64,000 nt of DNA. It comes from a virus. Lineage: Duplodnaviria > Caudoviricetes. Below are positions 26,293 to 35,100 of this stretch, piece after piece. A program made the position numbers and the translations under genes. Each line of letters starts with the position of its first letter. The stretch's first letter is position 1. The notes below the pieces were generated by a model that saw only the letters and a list, made by a program, of their open reading frames with translations, had not been told where the DNA came from and did not search any database. The stretch lies in the IMG/VR virus record IMGVR_UViG_3300037721_000031, positions 192,001-256,000 of that record; one strand, written 5' to 3'.

Positions 26293-26327
26293 TTGATTAA
26301 AGAGGTTTGTAAGTAGCTAACTAGAGA

Positions 26328-26801
26328 TTACGAATCTCCGATGTGTGCGTGTGAGAACTGTACCAAGATAGGAGCTACGATCCACTCGTGTTTACTACCT
26401 TGCATCGTAATAGCACTTTCTGCTTGCTCCGCAGTTGTAAACTTTATCGCATCACGAAACTTTACCGAATTGTCAGGAGATGTAAATGCGTGTACTGACA
26501 CATACTCCGTAATACTCACACTAGCTGGTTTCTTATTCATACCCATATAACGATATGTTCCTGTGTCAAGAGAGTCTCGCAGACACACCACATACATTTC
26601 CTGATCATACATTTCGACATGACCAATAGTTTCCCAACTTACACCTGGAAAAATCTCCATACACTTCAAGCAAACATCTCGTGAAGTGTCATGTTCCATA
26701 AGTTGAGGGTGAAACCTACCATCAACAAGCATAAGGTATTTACCATTACTGGTATGATGGAGTTGCAATGTGGGTTTGCGATTGTCAATCAAATTACTCA
26801 T
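26328..26801 (-). CDS. Two-part hypothetical protein; N-terminus shared with 46020..46346
   Basis: YLMLVDGRFHPQL vs YDVLVDGDLHPEL. Confidence 0.7.
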   Translation of the reverse strand: MSNLIDNRKPTLQLHHTSNGKYLMLVDGRFHPQLMEHDTSRDVCLKCMEIFPGVSWETIGHVEMYDQEMYVVCLRDSLDTGTYRYMGMNKKPASVSITEYVSVHAFTSPDNSVKFRDAIKFTTAEQAESAITMQGSKHEWIVAPILVQFSHAHIGDS

Positions 26802-26849
26802 TTGTTATTCCTTTGAAGTAAAAGAAGTACTCATCACAGCATAAAAGAT

Positions 26850-26882
26850 AAAAGGCTTGTGGAAATAATCCACAAGCCTTTT
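26850..26882. terminator. Hairpin terminator; second hairpin at 26896-26929
   Basis: aaaaggcttgtgga-aataa-tccacaagcctttt; agtacaccattctc-N6-gagaatggtgtact. Confidence 0.75.
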
Positions 26883-26950
26883 ATGACGCATTAACAGTAC
26901 ACCATTCTCAGTCACGAGAATGGTGTACTCAACATCACCATTTACTACCT

Positions 26951-27217
26951 TCACTCTTTCAAGATATGACTCTTCTTAATGATCTGGATATCAGACAACT
27001 CCTGAATAGTTTTCGAAGCAGATCCATTACCGTAGAATTTACGAGGATTCCCACAAAGGTGGCAACTGCAATTCTTGGCCGTACTAACAACCATTCCTAA
27101 AAACCTATTAAGATTATCAGGAAAATTCTTAGCATACCCGTGATAACTTTTGCGATTATTACGTAAACGCTTTACTTCGTGACGACGTTCCGACCTCTTG
27201 AAAGACTTCTGTTGCAT
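26951..27217 (-). CDS. Basic hypothetical phage protein with CSCxxCGNPR motif
   Basis: R-rich N-terminus, CSCHLCGNPRK, KTIQE. Confidence 0.75.
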   Translation of the reverse strand: MQQKSFKRSERRHEVKRLRNNRKSYHGYAKNFPDNLNRFLGMVVSTAKNCSCHLCGNPRKFYGNGSASKTIQELSDIQIIKKSHILKE

Positions 27218-27298
27218 ATTGACTCTCCGAATAGATCGGCGGCCCGGTGGACAGCATCGATCTGATCAGAGAACCAAAAATTAAACTTGATTTCATAT

Positions 27299-27376
27299 TT
27301 ACTCCATTGCACGGGAGACACAGTAACCGAAACCTATGATTATAACTCCAGTAAATATCAACGTTTCGATAACCAT
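27299..27376 (-). CDS. 25-aa single-TM peptide (MVIETLIFTGVIIIGFGYCVSRAME)
   Basis: Hand translation; GAG upstream. Confidence 0.4.
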   Translation of the reverse strand: MVIETLIFTGVIIIGFGYCVSRAME

Positions 27377-27414
27377 TATGATCTCACTTAAGCTGATTTC
27401 TCACATGTATCTAT

Positions 27415-27765
27415 CTAACTTATCTGTTTTCGACAATATTGGATATTCAAATAATCCTTAGATGTCAGTCCAAACCATAGAAGAATACGGCTCCAGTAAC
27501 TAAGTCCAACATACTCATTTAAAGACGAATACAACATAGGTCGGCCATGACTAGCATCCCACGTAATGTATGGTGCAACTCTTCCTCGAAAGTAGAATTT
27601 GTTTTTGATAGACCATACTCTAATGTCAGTATAAAGCTTTTCATACTGCCTATCTATACTGTCTCTAGAAAGTACTTCTTGTCTCTTCAATAAAAGAACT
27701 ACTGATATTGGTACAATAAGAACCAATACAGAAATCACAATCATACTGATAGTAACACTTTCCAT
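27415..27765 (-). CDS. N-terminally membrane-anchored protein, family member 3
   Basis: TM plus P.I...R.LLW...S.D.L.I.YC pattern shared with 28741 and 29178. Confidence 0.7.
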   Translation of the reverse strand: MESVTISMIVISVLVLIVPISVVLLLKRQEVLSRDSIDRQYEKLYTDIRVWSIKNKFYFRGRVAPYITWDASHGRPMLYSSLNEYVGLSYWSRILLWFGLTSKDYLNIQYCRKQIS

Positions 27766-27797
27766 GAGATGATCACCTTGTATTAATGAGTAATTCT

Positions 27798-28136
27798 CTA
27801 AACATTTAAACCGCGACGTGTCTCTCTCAGTGTACTCAATTTCTTTTCGTATTCAGAAATGAGTTCATCTAAAAGTTGCTTTGCATGAGCCTCAGCTTCT
27901 TGCTTTTTATCAAAATGCTGACGCTTGCAACGTCGCAGTAGTGGCATTCCATCCATAGGTCCATACTTACTAGGAACTGTAGCGTACTTCTTATCGTATT
28001 CACCAACTTGAATAACTTGATAGTTATTCTCAGTTTCCACAATCCACTTCTTAGTGTCTTGATTAGGTACGTACGTGCATGTGCAGCGAAGCTTACCACA
28101 TTTGTTACACATCATCTCGGCGTAATAATGTCCCAT
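27798..28136 (-). CDS. Hypothetical phage protein with N-terminal Zn-knuckle
   Basis: MGHYY.EMMCNKCG..RC.C. Confidence 0.7.
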   Translation of the reverse strand: MGHYYAEMMCNKCGKLRCTCTYVPNQDTKKWIVETENNYQVIQVGEYDKKYATVPSKYGPMDGMPLLRRCKRQHFDKKQEAEAHAKQLLDELISEYEKKLSTLRETRRGLNV

Positions 28137-28150
28137 CTTTTACTCCTTAA

Positions 28151-28762
28151 CTAGACAAATGTTTTCGACTTATATTCAACTGCTTGTTGTACTGACAAAT
28201 TCATCACATTAATTCTATTTTGCAGAGTGCTTTCAGCCACGCTAGTTCTTCTAGATATTTCAGGTAATGTTAATTGCTCACCTTTATATTCATAGAAAAC
28301 GTTTCTTCTTGTATTACTTTGTTGTTCTACCATGGTAGCCCATCTGCAATTATTTTTTTCGTAATCACTATTATTTTCTTTTCTATCCAGTGTATGCTCT
28401 GGGCTAGGCTTCTGACCCATGTCACGGTAGAAAGCTTCAAAACTATTCATCCATTCGTCACAGACTCTTATACCTCTACCGCCATAATCATGATATTGTT
28501 GATTATTAGGGTTAGTACAGCGAGCCTTCATTGATTGCCAAGAAATATACTCTGGAGTGCGGTACATGCCATGAATAGCAACCAGACATCCACAGTTTTG
28601 AGTGTGTCCGCTATTTAAATTACTAGAAATTACTGTAGTAATCCTACCACACACACATTGACAATTCCATCTTGATGTCCTGTTCTTACTACTAACAGGA
28701 TCTTTAGATATTACAGTCAATCTACCAAATACTTGTCCTATTAAATAAGCTGTACTACCCAT
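28151..28762 (-). mobile_element. Free-standing HNH homing endonuclease, paralogue of 5709..6476
   Basis: GQVFGRL, CQCVCG, CGC, YGGRGIRVCDEWMNSFEAFYRDMG, LDR...NCRWAT. Confidence 0.9.
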
Positions 28763-29172
28763 TTCTTCTTCCTTAAATGAGATTTAGAAGCTAAAAGAAA
28801 TCTCTTAGATGACTTCATCATCTCTTTACAGTACTTAATATCCAACTTATCAACTGAACTAAATCTAGCCCAGAGTAAAAAGCGATCAATATAGGTAAGC
28901 CAATGCACACTACCTACGATCGTATAAATATATGGTCCGTCCACATGATCTCGCTGAATATACGGAACAGTATCTCGCTCATATGTGAAACCTTTTGAGC
29001 TGATAAACATTCGAATTTTACTCTTTACGAGATCCTTTTCGAAGTCAAGTTCAATCCTGGACATTCGTACATGATCGTAAATAATAATACTAAGCAGTAA
29101 AAGCAAAAGTAACGGTACAATGATAGTGGACATTAGTGCACTAAATATCTCTTGAAATAACGATGTTTCCAT
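28741..29172 (-). CDS. N-terminally membrane-anchored protein, family member 2
   Basis: IIVPLLLLLLLSIII TM; DRFLLW..FSSVDKLDIKYC. Confidence 0.75.
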   Translation of the reverse strand: METSLFQEIFSALMSTIIVPLLLLLLLSIIIYDHVRMSRIELDFEKDLVKSKIRMFISSKGFTYERDTVPYIQRDHVDGPYIYTIVGSVHWLTYIDRFLLWARFSSVDKLDIKYCKEMMKSSKRFLLASKSHLRKKKWVVQLI

Positions 29173-29177
29173 TTTAT

Positions 29178-29582
29178 TTACTCCTTAAGAGCATAAATGT
29201 TTAAGACCGCACGTGAGTATTTCTGAATGCATTGACGACTGTACTTAATATCTAAACGATCAACAGAGCTCAACTTAAGACAAAGTAAAAGACGATCCAA
29301 CAAAGACATCCAGATAAACCCACCTGAAGACAAATGCAGCAAGTGTCCAAATGCAGACACTCGTTCAATATGTGGGTCGATGTATCCGATAGACTTGAGA
29401 TCGTGCTTAAACAAGAATGCTTCGATCTCACCTTTCAACTTTTGCTTCTCTATGACTAACTTTGTCCGAGACATAAATATATCACTCTGCGCAAGCAGTA
29501 TCAAAAGTAAAATGATAGCTAAAGGCGCAATGAAGATACCGATTACTGCTTTGAGTACAGCTACTGACAGTAGAGTTTCCAT
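29178..29582 (-). CDS. N-terminally membrane-anchored protein, family member 1
   Basis: IFIAPLAIILLLILL TM; DRLLL..LSSVDRLDIKYS. Confidence 0.75.
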   Translation of the reverse strand: METLLSVAVLKAVIGIFIAPLAIILLLILLAQSDIFMSRTKLVIEKQKLKGEIEAFLFKHDLKSIGYIDPHIERVSAFGHLLHLSSGGFIWMSLLDRLLLCLKLSSVDRLDIKYSRQCIQKYSRAVLNIYALKE

Positions 29583-29626
29583 GTAATTTCCTTGTGGTTA
29601 ACTGCAGAATCTTTGATAAGCTCTAG

Positions 29627-29866
29627 TCAGAAAAGCTTAGGTGGACGACATACACCAATATACTTCCAGCCAACTGTATTTACAGGAGATGTATTCGTAC
29701 CGTCATCTCCTGACATAAACCATTTCTTTAAACTAGGTGACCACCTTAAAACAACTGACTCGTATACACCATTACGACCATCAAAGCAGGGCTTCAAATA
29801 GTAGTACCCTACCGAATCAATATACTCTCTTGGTGGTGAGGGTTCAGTAAGAATTAAAGTGGTCAC
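29627..29866 (-). CDS. Hypothetical protein, paralogue of 17311..17544
   Basis: See paralogue alignment. Confidence 0.7.
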   Translation of the reverse strand: MTTLILTEPSPPREYIDSVGYYYLKPCFDGRNGVYESVVLRWSPSLKKWFMSGDDGTNTSPVNTVGWKYIGVCRPPKLF

Positions 29867-29897
29867 TATATTCTCTCAGTATTGTTTAAGATCCAAC

Positions 29898-30128
29898 CTA
29901 GTACTTCGGTATCCATTTCTCTGGAACTTCTGTTCCTTTAATCTTATCTGCTTCAGTCTTATCTATAACTGGATTCGGTACTTTCTTTGTATTATAGACA
30001 AGAGGTTTATTCACACGTAATGGACCTGTCTCAACCGGCTTATTATTTTTTCCTTTATAATTAGGATTTTTTCTCTCATTGATCAAGTCCATTACTGACT
30101 TTGTCTTGATAACGATAGGTCGTCTCAT
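29898..30128 (-). CDS. Small basic hypothetical protein
   Basis: 76 aa, K/N/P rich. Confidence 0.6.
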   Translation of the reverse strand: MRRPIVIKTKSVMDLINERKNPNYKGKNNKPVETGPLRVNKPLVYNTKKVPNPVIDKTEADKIKGTEVPEKWIPKY

Positions 30129-30173
30129 CTTGAAAGACTTTCTCAGCTAAGTTAGTAGATGTCTTTATAAGGA

Positions 30174-30695
30174 TTACTTGATGACCTTAAAGACCCTATT
30201 CACCACATCAATAGTTTTACCATTGATAACGCAGCTCATACGGTCATCTTCACGTACAAGTTGCATTCTACCTTCAAACTTGTAGTATGTATCCCCCACT
30301 ACATCATTGGACATGACAACAGTCTCGTAGACTTCAGTGACAAGTCCAGAAAATGCTTCATAAACTGAAACACCACCAATCAACCACGGCACTGCTGTTT
30401 CTTTACACGGTGATGCATTTTCATAACTGCGTACGATCTCCATCACTCTAGCCGGTGAACCAGCAAGGTGCATGTCAGCATGACCAAAATGATCTCGCGA
30501 TTGTGAAGACAGTACAATATTGATACGACCGTCCAAAGGTTTCTTTGGTAGCGAATCCCAAGTCTTACGACCCATAACGACAATACCGCCATTCGTCAAC
30601 TGCTTAAATCGAGTCAAGTCACCCGGGATGCGCCAGGGCAATTTATTGTTAAGACCGATAACGTTGTTCAAAGAGCGGGCGTAAATTAATTTCAA
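30174..30695 (-). CDS. folA: Dihydrofolate reductase
   Basis: NNVIG.NNKLPW.IPGDL..FK..T.G..VVMGRKTWDSLP.KPL.GR.NIVLS; LIGG; TTG start with AGGAG. Confidence 0.95.
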   Translation of the reverse strand: MKLIYARSLNNVIGLNNKLPWRIPGDLTRFKQLTNGGIVVMGRKTWDSLPKKPLDGRINIVLSSQSRDHFGHADMHLAGSPARVMEIVRSYENASPCKETAVPWLIGGVSVYEAFSGLVTEVYETVVMSNDVVGDTYYKFEGRMQLVREDDRMSCVINGKTIDVVNRVFKVIK

Positions 30696-30725
30696 GATAG
30701 GCTCCTAATTACCTAAATTTAAGAT

Positions 30726-30763
30726 GGACTAGTATGTGTCTAAATTTAGACACATACTAGTCC
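30726..30763. terminator. Perfect 38-bp palindrome
   Basis: ggactagtatgtgtctaaa|tttagacacatactagtcc. Confidence 0.75.
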
Positions 30764-30765
30764 TA

Positions 30766-31347
30766 TTACTTTTCAACCTTATACTGAGTAGTTTCACCGC
30801 CATAACCAAGATTTACAGAAGTGTTCTTGTCTTGTGAGAGAATGTGCTCACGTCCAAGATCCCATGCTTCACATTCTGGCGATCCAGAAGCATAAGGATT
30901 GTTCAGCTCTTTCCTTCGTGCTTGACCCACGCCTTGCTCGTAAGCAGTAGTAATACGTAGTATCAGAGAAGATGATACTCTTTGAGCACTGTGCCAATGA
31001 CCAGGCGTAACCTCAATCATCGGATTACCCAGAATGTCTACTGGAAACCAAGCTCCAGGAGCTGGAAACGGCTTCGGTGTATCTGGCTTTTCACGACAAC
31101 GAATGCCTGCACTAAATGCAGAAGCTATCTGAGGTGTCCATTCCAAATCTGGCGTTAGACTATACACGACTGTCGCTGTCTTGATCTCATCATTAGACCA
31201 CGGTACGAGAGAAGTTGTTGGGTACTTATTCTCCCACTTTTCAGGATATGGTTGCGGATTCTGAAAAGATCCTACACTACTACGTGCTCCTGACTTTATG
31301 TCCTCGATACCTTCTTTCATAACTTTTTCATACAGCGAATTACTCAT
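30766..31347 (-). CDS. Protein with Rmf/CrpP-like motif(s)
   Basis: C-terminal AYEQG.......NPY..GS.E..AW..G; two weaker upstream echoes. Confidence 0.5.
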   Translation of the reverse strand: MSNSLYEKVMKEGIEDIKSGARSSVGSFQNPQPYPEKWENKYPTTSLVPWSNDEIKTATVVYSLTPDLEWTPQIASAFSAGIRCREKPDTPKPFPAPGAWFPVDILGNPMIEVTPGHWHSAQRVSSSLILRITTAYEQGVGQARRKELNNPYASGSPECEAWDLGREHILSQDKNTSVNLGYGGETTQYKVEK

Positions 31348-31398
31348 GACATATCCTGGTTAGGTTCAAGAGGTTTAAGAACTATCAGTTTAAAGAAA

Positions 31399-31704
31399 TT
31401 ACTGAATCAGATTCTCGAAGAATAGCTCAATGTAGACTGAGACCTTCACAACAGACATGATTGCAAAGCGAGTCTGAATGATAGGATCTTGTTGTGACCA
31501 GTAAGGATCTGTCTGAACAAAATGACAAAATGCAACCTGAATGTCCTTACTCCATCCACCATCTAAATTACTTTTATTAAATTTGTTCTTTATCAGTGAA
31601 TCGAGAACAAACTGATAACATTCTTTTTCCAACTTAGTCAGCATCTCGCTACCAAGTACACTCATGGAGAATATATTTTCAGCAGTAAGAGATTGACTAA
31701 GCAT
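31399..31704 (-). CDS. Hypothetical protein
   Basis: 101-aa ORF, AAAGGA upstream. Confidence 0.7.
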   Translation of the reverse strand: MLSQSLTAENIFSMSVLGSEMLTKLEKECYQFVLDSLIKNKFNKSNLDGGWSKDIQVAFCHFVQTDPYWSQQDPIIQTRFAIMSVVKVSVYIELFFENLIQ

Positions 31705-31797
31705 CTTCTTTCCTTTATTACAAGTAATAAATAGATAGGAACTTACAGACTATGTTTCTTAGGGCGATAGCTAAAAAATCATTATTATTTTATTTCT

Positions 31798-31992
31798 TTA
31801 AATAATTCTAATACTACCTTGACCTTCAGAATTACCAACTCGATATGTTGCTTCAACCTCAAACTCACCAGGTTTCAGATCTTCACCCATAACTGAATAG
31901 CTAATCCGTCCTTCCATTGAATCGTTATTCTCAATGGACTTCTTGATGTCTTCAAGTACCGCTAGTAACTGTTGTTTATTCAGAGTTTTCAT
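31798..31992 (-). CDS. Small conserved phage protein
   Basis: DSMEGRISY...V.A.YRVGNSEGQG pattern. Confidence 0.7.
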   Translation of the reverse strand: MKTLNKQQLLAVLEDIKKSIENNDSMEGRISYSVMGEDLKPGEFEVEATYRVGNSEGQGSIRII

Positions 31993-32006
31993 TTTACATA
32001 TTTCTA

Positions 32007-32243
32007 TTATGGATATTTAAACACCATGCCGCATTTCTCACAGCGCTCAAGTTTTGGACCAACTAACTTAAAAGGACAAGGTACTGCAGCAAATCCTTCA
32101 TCAATCCATTCTCCAGTGATTGTGTGTTCATACCCTACTGGTTCAAATTGTTGCTGCGGACACTTCCACTTAGCATGGTCATCACCTAAAGCTACTGGTT
32201 GACCAGCGCTATTAAAGATACCCCAATCAGTTCTTGTACTCAT
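32007..32243 (-). CDS. Small Cys-containing protein (possible Zn ribbon)
   Basis: KC...VPC...RCEKCG. Confidence 0.65.
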   Translation of the reverse strand: MSTRTDWGIFNSAGQPVALGDDHAKWKCPQQQFEPVGYEHTITGEWIDEGFAAVPCPFKLVGPKLERCEKCGMVFKYP

Positions 32244-32259
32244 GATCTCCTAACTGCAC

Positions 32260-32282
32260 AGAGCCAGCTAATAGCTGGCTCT
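32260..32282. terminator. Hairpin terminator
   Basis: agagccagcta-a-tagctggctct followed by ttatgc. Confidence 0.65.
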
Positions 32283-32297
32283 TTATGCATTCTTGTT

Positions 32298-33314
32298 TTA
32301 TTGGTCGGGATTAATGAACGGAGGAGGACTATTTTTAGCTAACTCTTTCTTGAAACTATATGTTTCAAGATCAGGAGACTCATCCTTCATAAGTGGACTA
32401 AGATCACCAGTTTCTGACGGCATAGATAGGGCAGGTATTACATCTGTGTACAGGTGCTTTAAATTACCATTAAGTATACTTGATTTAATATACGCATTGC
32501 TTAATTGTGGATTAAGTACTAACTGACCTTCTACTTTAGACGTGTCATTATTTATAATTTTTGGTTCGCAAAAAGTATCAAGATTATCAGCTTTAGGCAT
32601 TTGATATTTTGCTGGGTGAATAAATCCAAATGGATCACCCATTTGTTCCATAACCCATCGACCCGCAACCATCTCCATACTTTGTTCACACGCTTCCCCT
32701 TTTAGCATTTCTGCCAACTTAGATAGAAGCTTAGGATGGAAACAATGGTCAATATGCCACGCATTACTGTAATCGTCAGTAGCTTGACAAACCTCTTCAC
32801 TAGTAATCTTTCTAATTACGCCATCAGGCATAATCACGTAAAGGCTATACCACTTACAATAATTCTCAACAGTAATAACGGGACAATCTAAAAGAGGTCC
32901 TGTATAAACGAGAGGGATGTCGCGATCACTGTAATGTAGGAAGTAAGAAGGTATATCGAACGCATTACCAATATCGCTCTTTGTAGATACTTTGTCTTCT
33001 ATAACAGTGTGATTATTATGCAAACCCAAATTGAAATCACGAGTAAGGACTGGAGATGTATTGTCAGGAGTTACTGATGTTACAGAACTACCTTCCGTAC
33101 TAACAAATGAAGGACCTGGATTCTTATCTAACCATTCTCTAAGGCTTGACGTCTTCACTGCACCATCTTCTTGTACTTCTGGAGTAAATACTCCAAATAC
33201 TCCACTGTTCTGAATCTTCCTATTGCCGAAGATTCTATCATAGTTGTCGCGATATTGCTGTGTGGCAGTACGTGACGTCAATGAGTCACCAGTGATATCG
33301 TTTTTTGCAGACAT
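32298..33314 (-). CDS. Hypothetical multi-segment protein
   Basis: 338-aa ORF, AAGGA upstream; N-terminal AKNDITGD...YRDNYDRIF resembles a small phage peptide family. Confidence 0.75.
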   Translation of the reverse strand: MSAKNDITGDSLTSRTATQQYRDNYDRIFGNRKIQNSGVFGVFTPEVQEDGAVKTSSLREWLDKNPGPSFVSTEGSSVTSVTPDNTSPVLTRDFNLGLHNNHTVIEDKVSTKSDIGNAFDIPSYFLHYSDRDIPLVYTGPLLDCPVITVENYCKWYSLYVIMPDGVIRKITSEEVCQATDDYSNAWHIDHCFHPKLLSKLAEMLKGEACEQSMEMVAGRWVMEQMGDPFGFIHPAKYQMPKADNLDTFCEPKIINNDTSKVEGQLVLNPQLSNAYIKSSILNGNLKHLYTDVIPALSMPSETGDLSPLMKDESPDLETYSFKKELAKNSPPPFINPDQ

Positions 33315-33374
33315 ACTGTTCCTTTTAAGGTGTAGGATTGTTGTAATAGCAATCCTAGATGTTTTGCTACCTAA

Positions 33375-33770
33375 TTAAAGAGATATGCTCGCACATCTCT
33401 CACCATATCCAGATACATCCTTAAATGTGTCCGGGACCATACCGTATTGCAGATCCGTTTTACTAACGATCCTAATATCTTTAAAGATATTATTTAGTTC
33501 TGATTCCCATGCAGGACCAAAACCAGATGAAATATACTCACCAGACTGATAAGAAAAATCAGGACGAATAAGGTCTGAAACTTGAAGAGCCTTCATTGCT
33601 AGAGTTTCAGCAATCAACTTTTTCGCATTTTCATCTGTCATTGTTACTACTGCAACAACATCTCCATTATTGTTACGCGAAGTCTCTCTTACAGTACCTT
33701 CACCAACGACTGTGTTGTTAGAAATTAACAACACTACAGTACCAACATCACCAGCTGCAGGATGAGTCAT
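33375..33770 (-). CDS. RDNQVIGEC-family protein 3 (start revised to MTHPAAG)
   Basis: LLISNNTVVGEG.V; MTDENAKKLI; IRPDF; IVSK; P..FKDVSGY; AAAGGA before 33770. Confidence 0.8.
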   Translation of the reverse strand: MTHPAAGDVGTVVLLISNNTVVGEGTVRETSRNNNGDVVAVVTMTDENAKKLIAETLAMKALQVSDLIRPDFSYQSGEYISSGFGPAWESELNNIFKDIRIVSKTDLQYGMVPDTFKDVSGYGERCASISL

Positions 33771-33817
33771 GATTAATCCTTTTGGAGTCAAGAAGTAAAG
33801 AAACAATCGGTAACTAA

Positions 33818-34573
33818 TTAAGCTTCATCACCAAGAGGACCACCAAGTGAGAAGCTTGGGAAATGGAAGTAAGACGTCCCAGCCAAACTAGGATTGGAAT
33901 CTACTTCTTCAATAAGGAGTCGAGACCATGCTTCCATCACAAACGGGTTAGATACTTCTTTTCCTGAAAGCTCCAAAAGCTCAGCAGCTGTATACTCACC
34001 AGCGTAATTTACTTCAACAATCGCAGGGTTAATCAAGCACTGAGTCTTCAACGTGACAATGAAAACGACAGCAAGATGGACCTTGTGAACATCTTCGCCA
34101 CCATAATACGTAATAAGACGGTAGCCCATTACGACACCACCAAAGTTTTCTTGACTAATACCAAGCTCTTCAATAAGCTCCCGGCGCATTGAAGTAAGAA
34201 TAGTATCCTTAAGATTGATAACACTATTCTCATTACAGACGACATCATTAAGATCGATATGTCCGCCGAAACCAACAGACGTATTACCATGAAGTCGTGC
34301 CTCGCCACCTCCAATAGGACGATGATAAGTAAGGAACTTAAGACTATCTGTGCTAGAAACATTATCTGTTCGAGCTACCATAACGTACGGTAGGATCTGA
34401 AGATAATCTTCATTCTTCTCCAATTCAGCACGACGAGCAATGATTAGATGTTCGTTAGCTGTCTCAAAGAACTTATTAAAGTCAGTGGTATTGACACTCT
34501 TGCCAGAATTCAGAAATTCTGTAACGTGAGACTTCTTGATTGCAAGGATGTGCTGGGGATGTTTCACAGACAT
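33818..34573 (-). CDS. Nudix hydrolase (COG4112/YmaB-like), paralogue A
   Basis: YLQILPY, E.RLHG..SVGFGGHID, RELIEELG, VHLAVV. Confidence 0.85.
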   Translation of the reverse strand: MSVKHPQHILAIKKSHVTEFLNSGKSVNTTDFNKFFETANEHLIIARRAELEKNEDYLQILPYVMVARTDNVSSTDSLKFLTYHRPIGGGEARLHGNTSVGFGGHIDLNDVVCNENSVINLKDTILTSMRRELIEELGISQENFGGVVMGYRLITYYGGEDVHKVHLAVVFIVTLKTQCLINPAIVEVNYAGEYTAAELLELSGKEVSNPFVMEAWSRLLIEEVDSNPSLAGTSYFHFPSFSLGGPLGDEA

Positions 34574-34616
34574 GGTTTACCTTTTTAAGTTAATGATTAC
34601 TCTGAGAAAAACAAGA

Positions 34617-34650
34617 CATAATTAGCAGGGGATATCCCCTGCTAATTATG
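34617..34650. terminator. Perfect 34-bp palindromic terminator after tRNA
   Basis: cataattagcaggggat|atcccctgctaattatg. Confidence 0.8.
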
Positions 34651-34663
34651 ATCTTAGTGATAA

Positions 34664-34738
34664 TGGTGGATCCTGACGGGCTTGAACCGCCGACCCGCTC
34701 CCTGTAAAAGAGCCGCTCTACCGCTGAGCTAAGGATCC
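34664..34738 (-). tRNA. trnV: tRNA-Val (anticodon UAC), CCA encoded
   Basis: Minus strand GGATCCT-TA-GCTC-AGCGGTA-GAGC-G-GCTCT-TTTACAG-GGAGC-GGGTC-GGCGG-TTCAAGC-CCGTC-AGGATCC-A-CCA folds as a complete cloverleaf. Confidence 0.95.
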
Positions 34739-34756
34739 TATTTGTAAATCTTTATA

Positions 34757-35002
34757 TTAAGCTAACTTCGCAATTCTCAAGAAGTTAGTGTACTCAGTTG
34801 TATCAGTACTGTACTCCGGATAAGTTGTCTGGATCCTCTGAGGAATGATGCGTACTTCATCAGCACATACACCAGGCCACTTCTTATTAACACGCTCGAT
34901 CAGCTCTGTTAGACTTACGTAATGTTCTACGTACATTACAGAGTCCGTGTCATCTGGAGAATACGTATCTGTTTTTCCGTTATCTTTTTTACCGTAACCC
35001 AT
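34757..35002 (-). CDS. Hypothetical protein, paralogue of 11402..11740
   Basis: PDDTDS, KKWP, IQT, EYTNFL.I. Confidence 0.75.
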   Translation of the reverse strand: MGYGKKDNGKTDTYSPDDTDSVMYVEHYVSLTELIERVNKKWPGVCADEVRIIPQRIQTTYPEYSTDTTEYTNFLRIAKLA

Positions 35003-35050
35003 GGTAGTTTTCTCTTTTCAAGTACAGGTTAGATGAGAAACATTTCTGGT

Positions 35051-35077
35051 TCTCAGGATGGTAATATGTACTTGAAA
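35051..35077 (-). promoter_or_regulatory. Early-promoter-like motif copy 4
   Basis: Minus strand TTTCAA-GTACATATTACCATC-CTGAGA; upstream of the 34757 gene and tRNA. Confidence 0.65.
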
Positions 35078-35100
35078 TAATTTAGGTATGGTAGTAGTAC

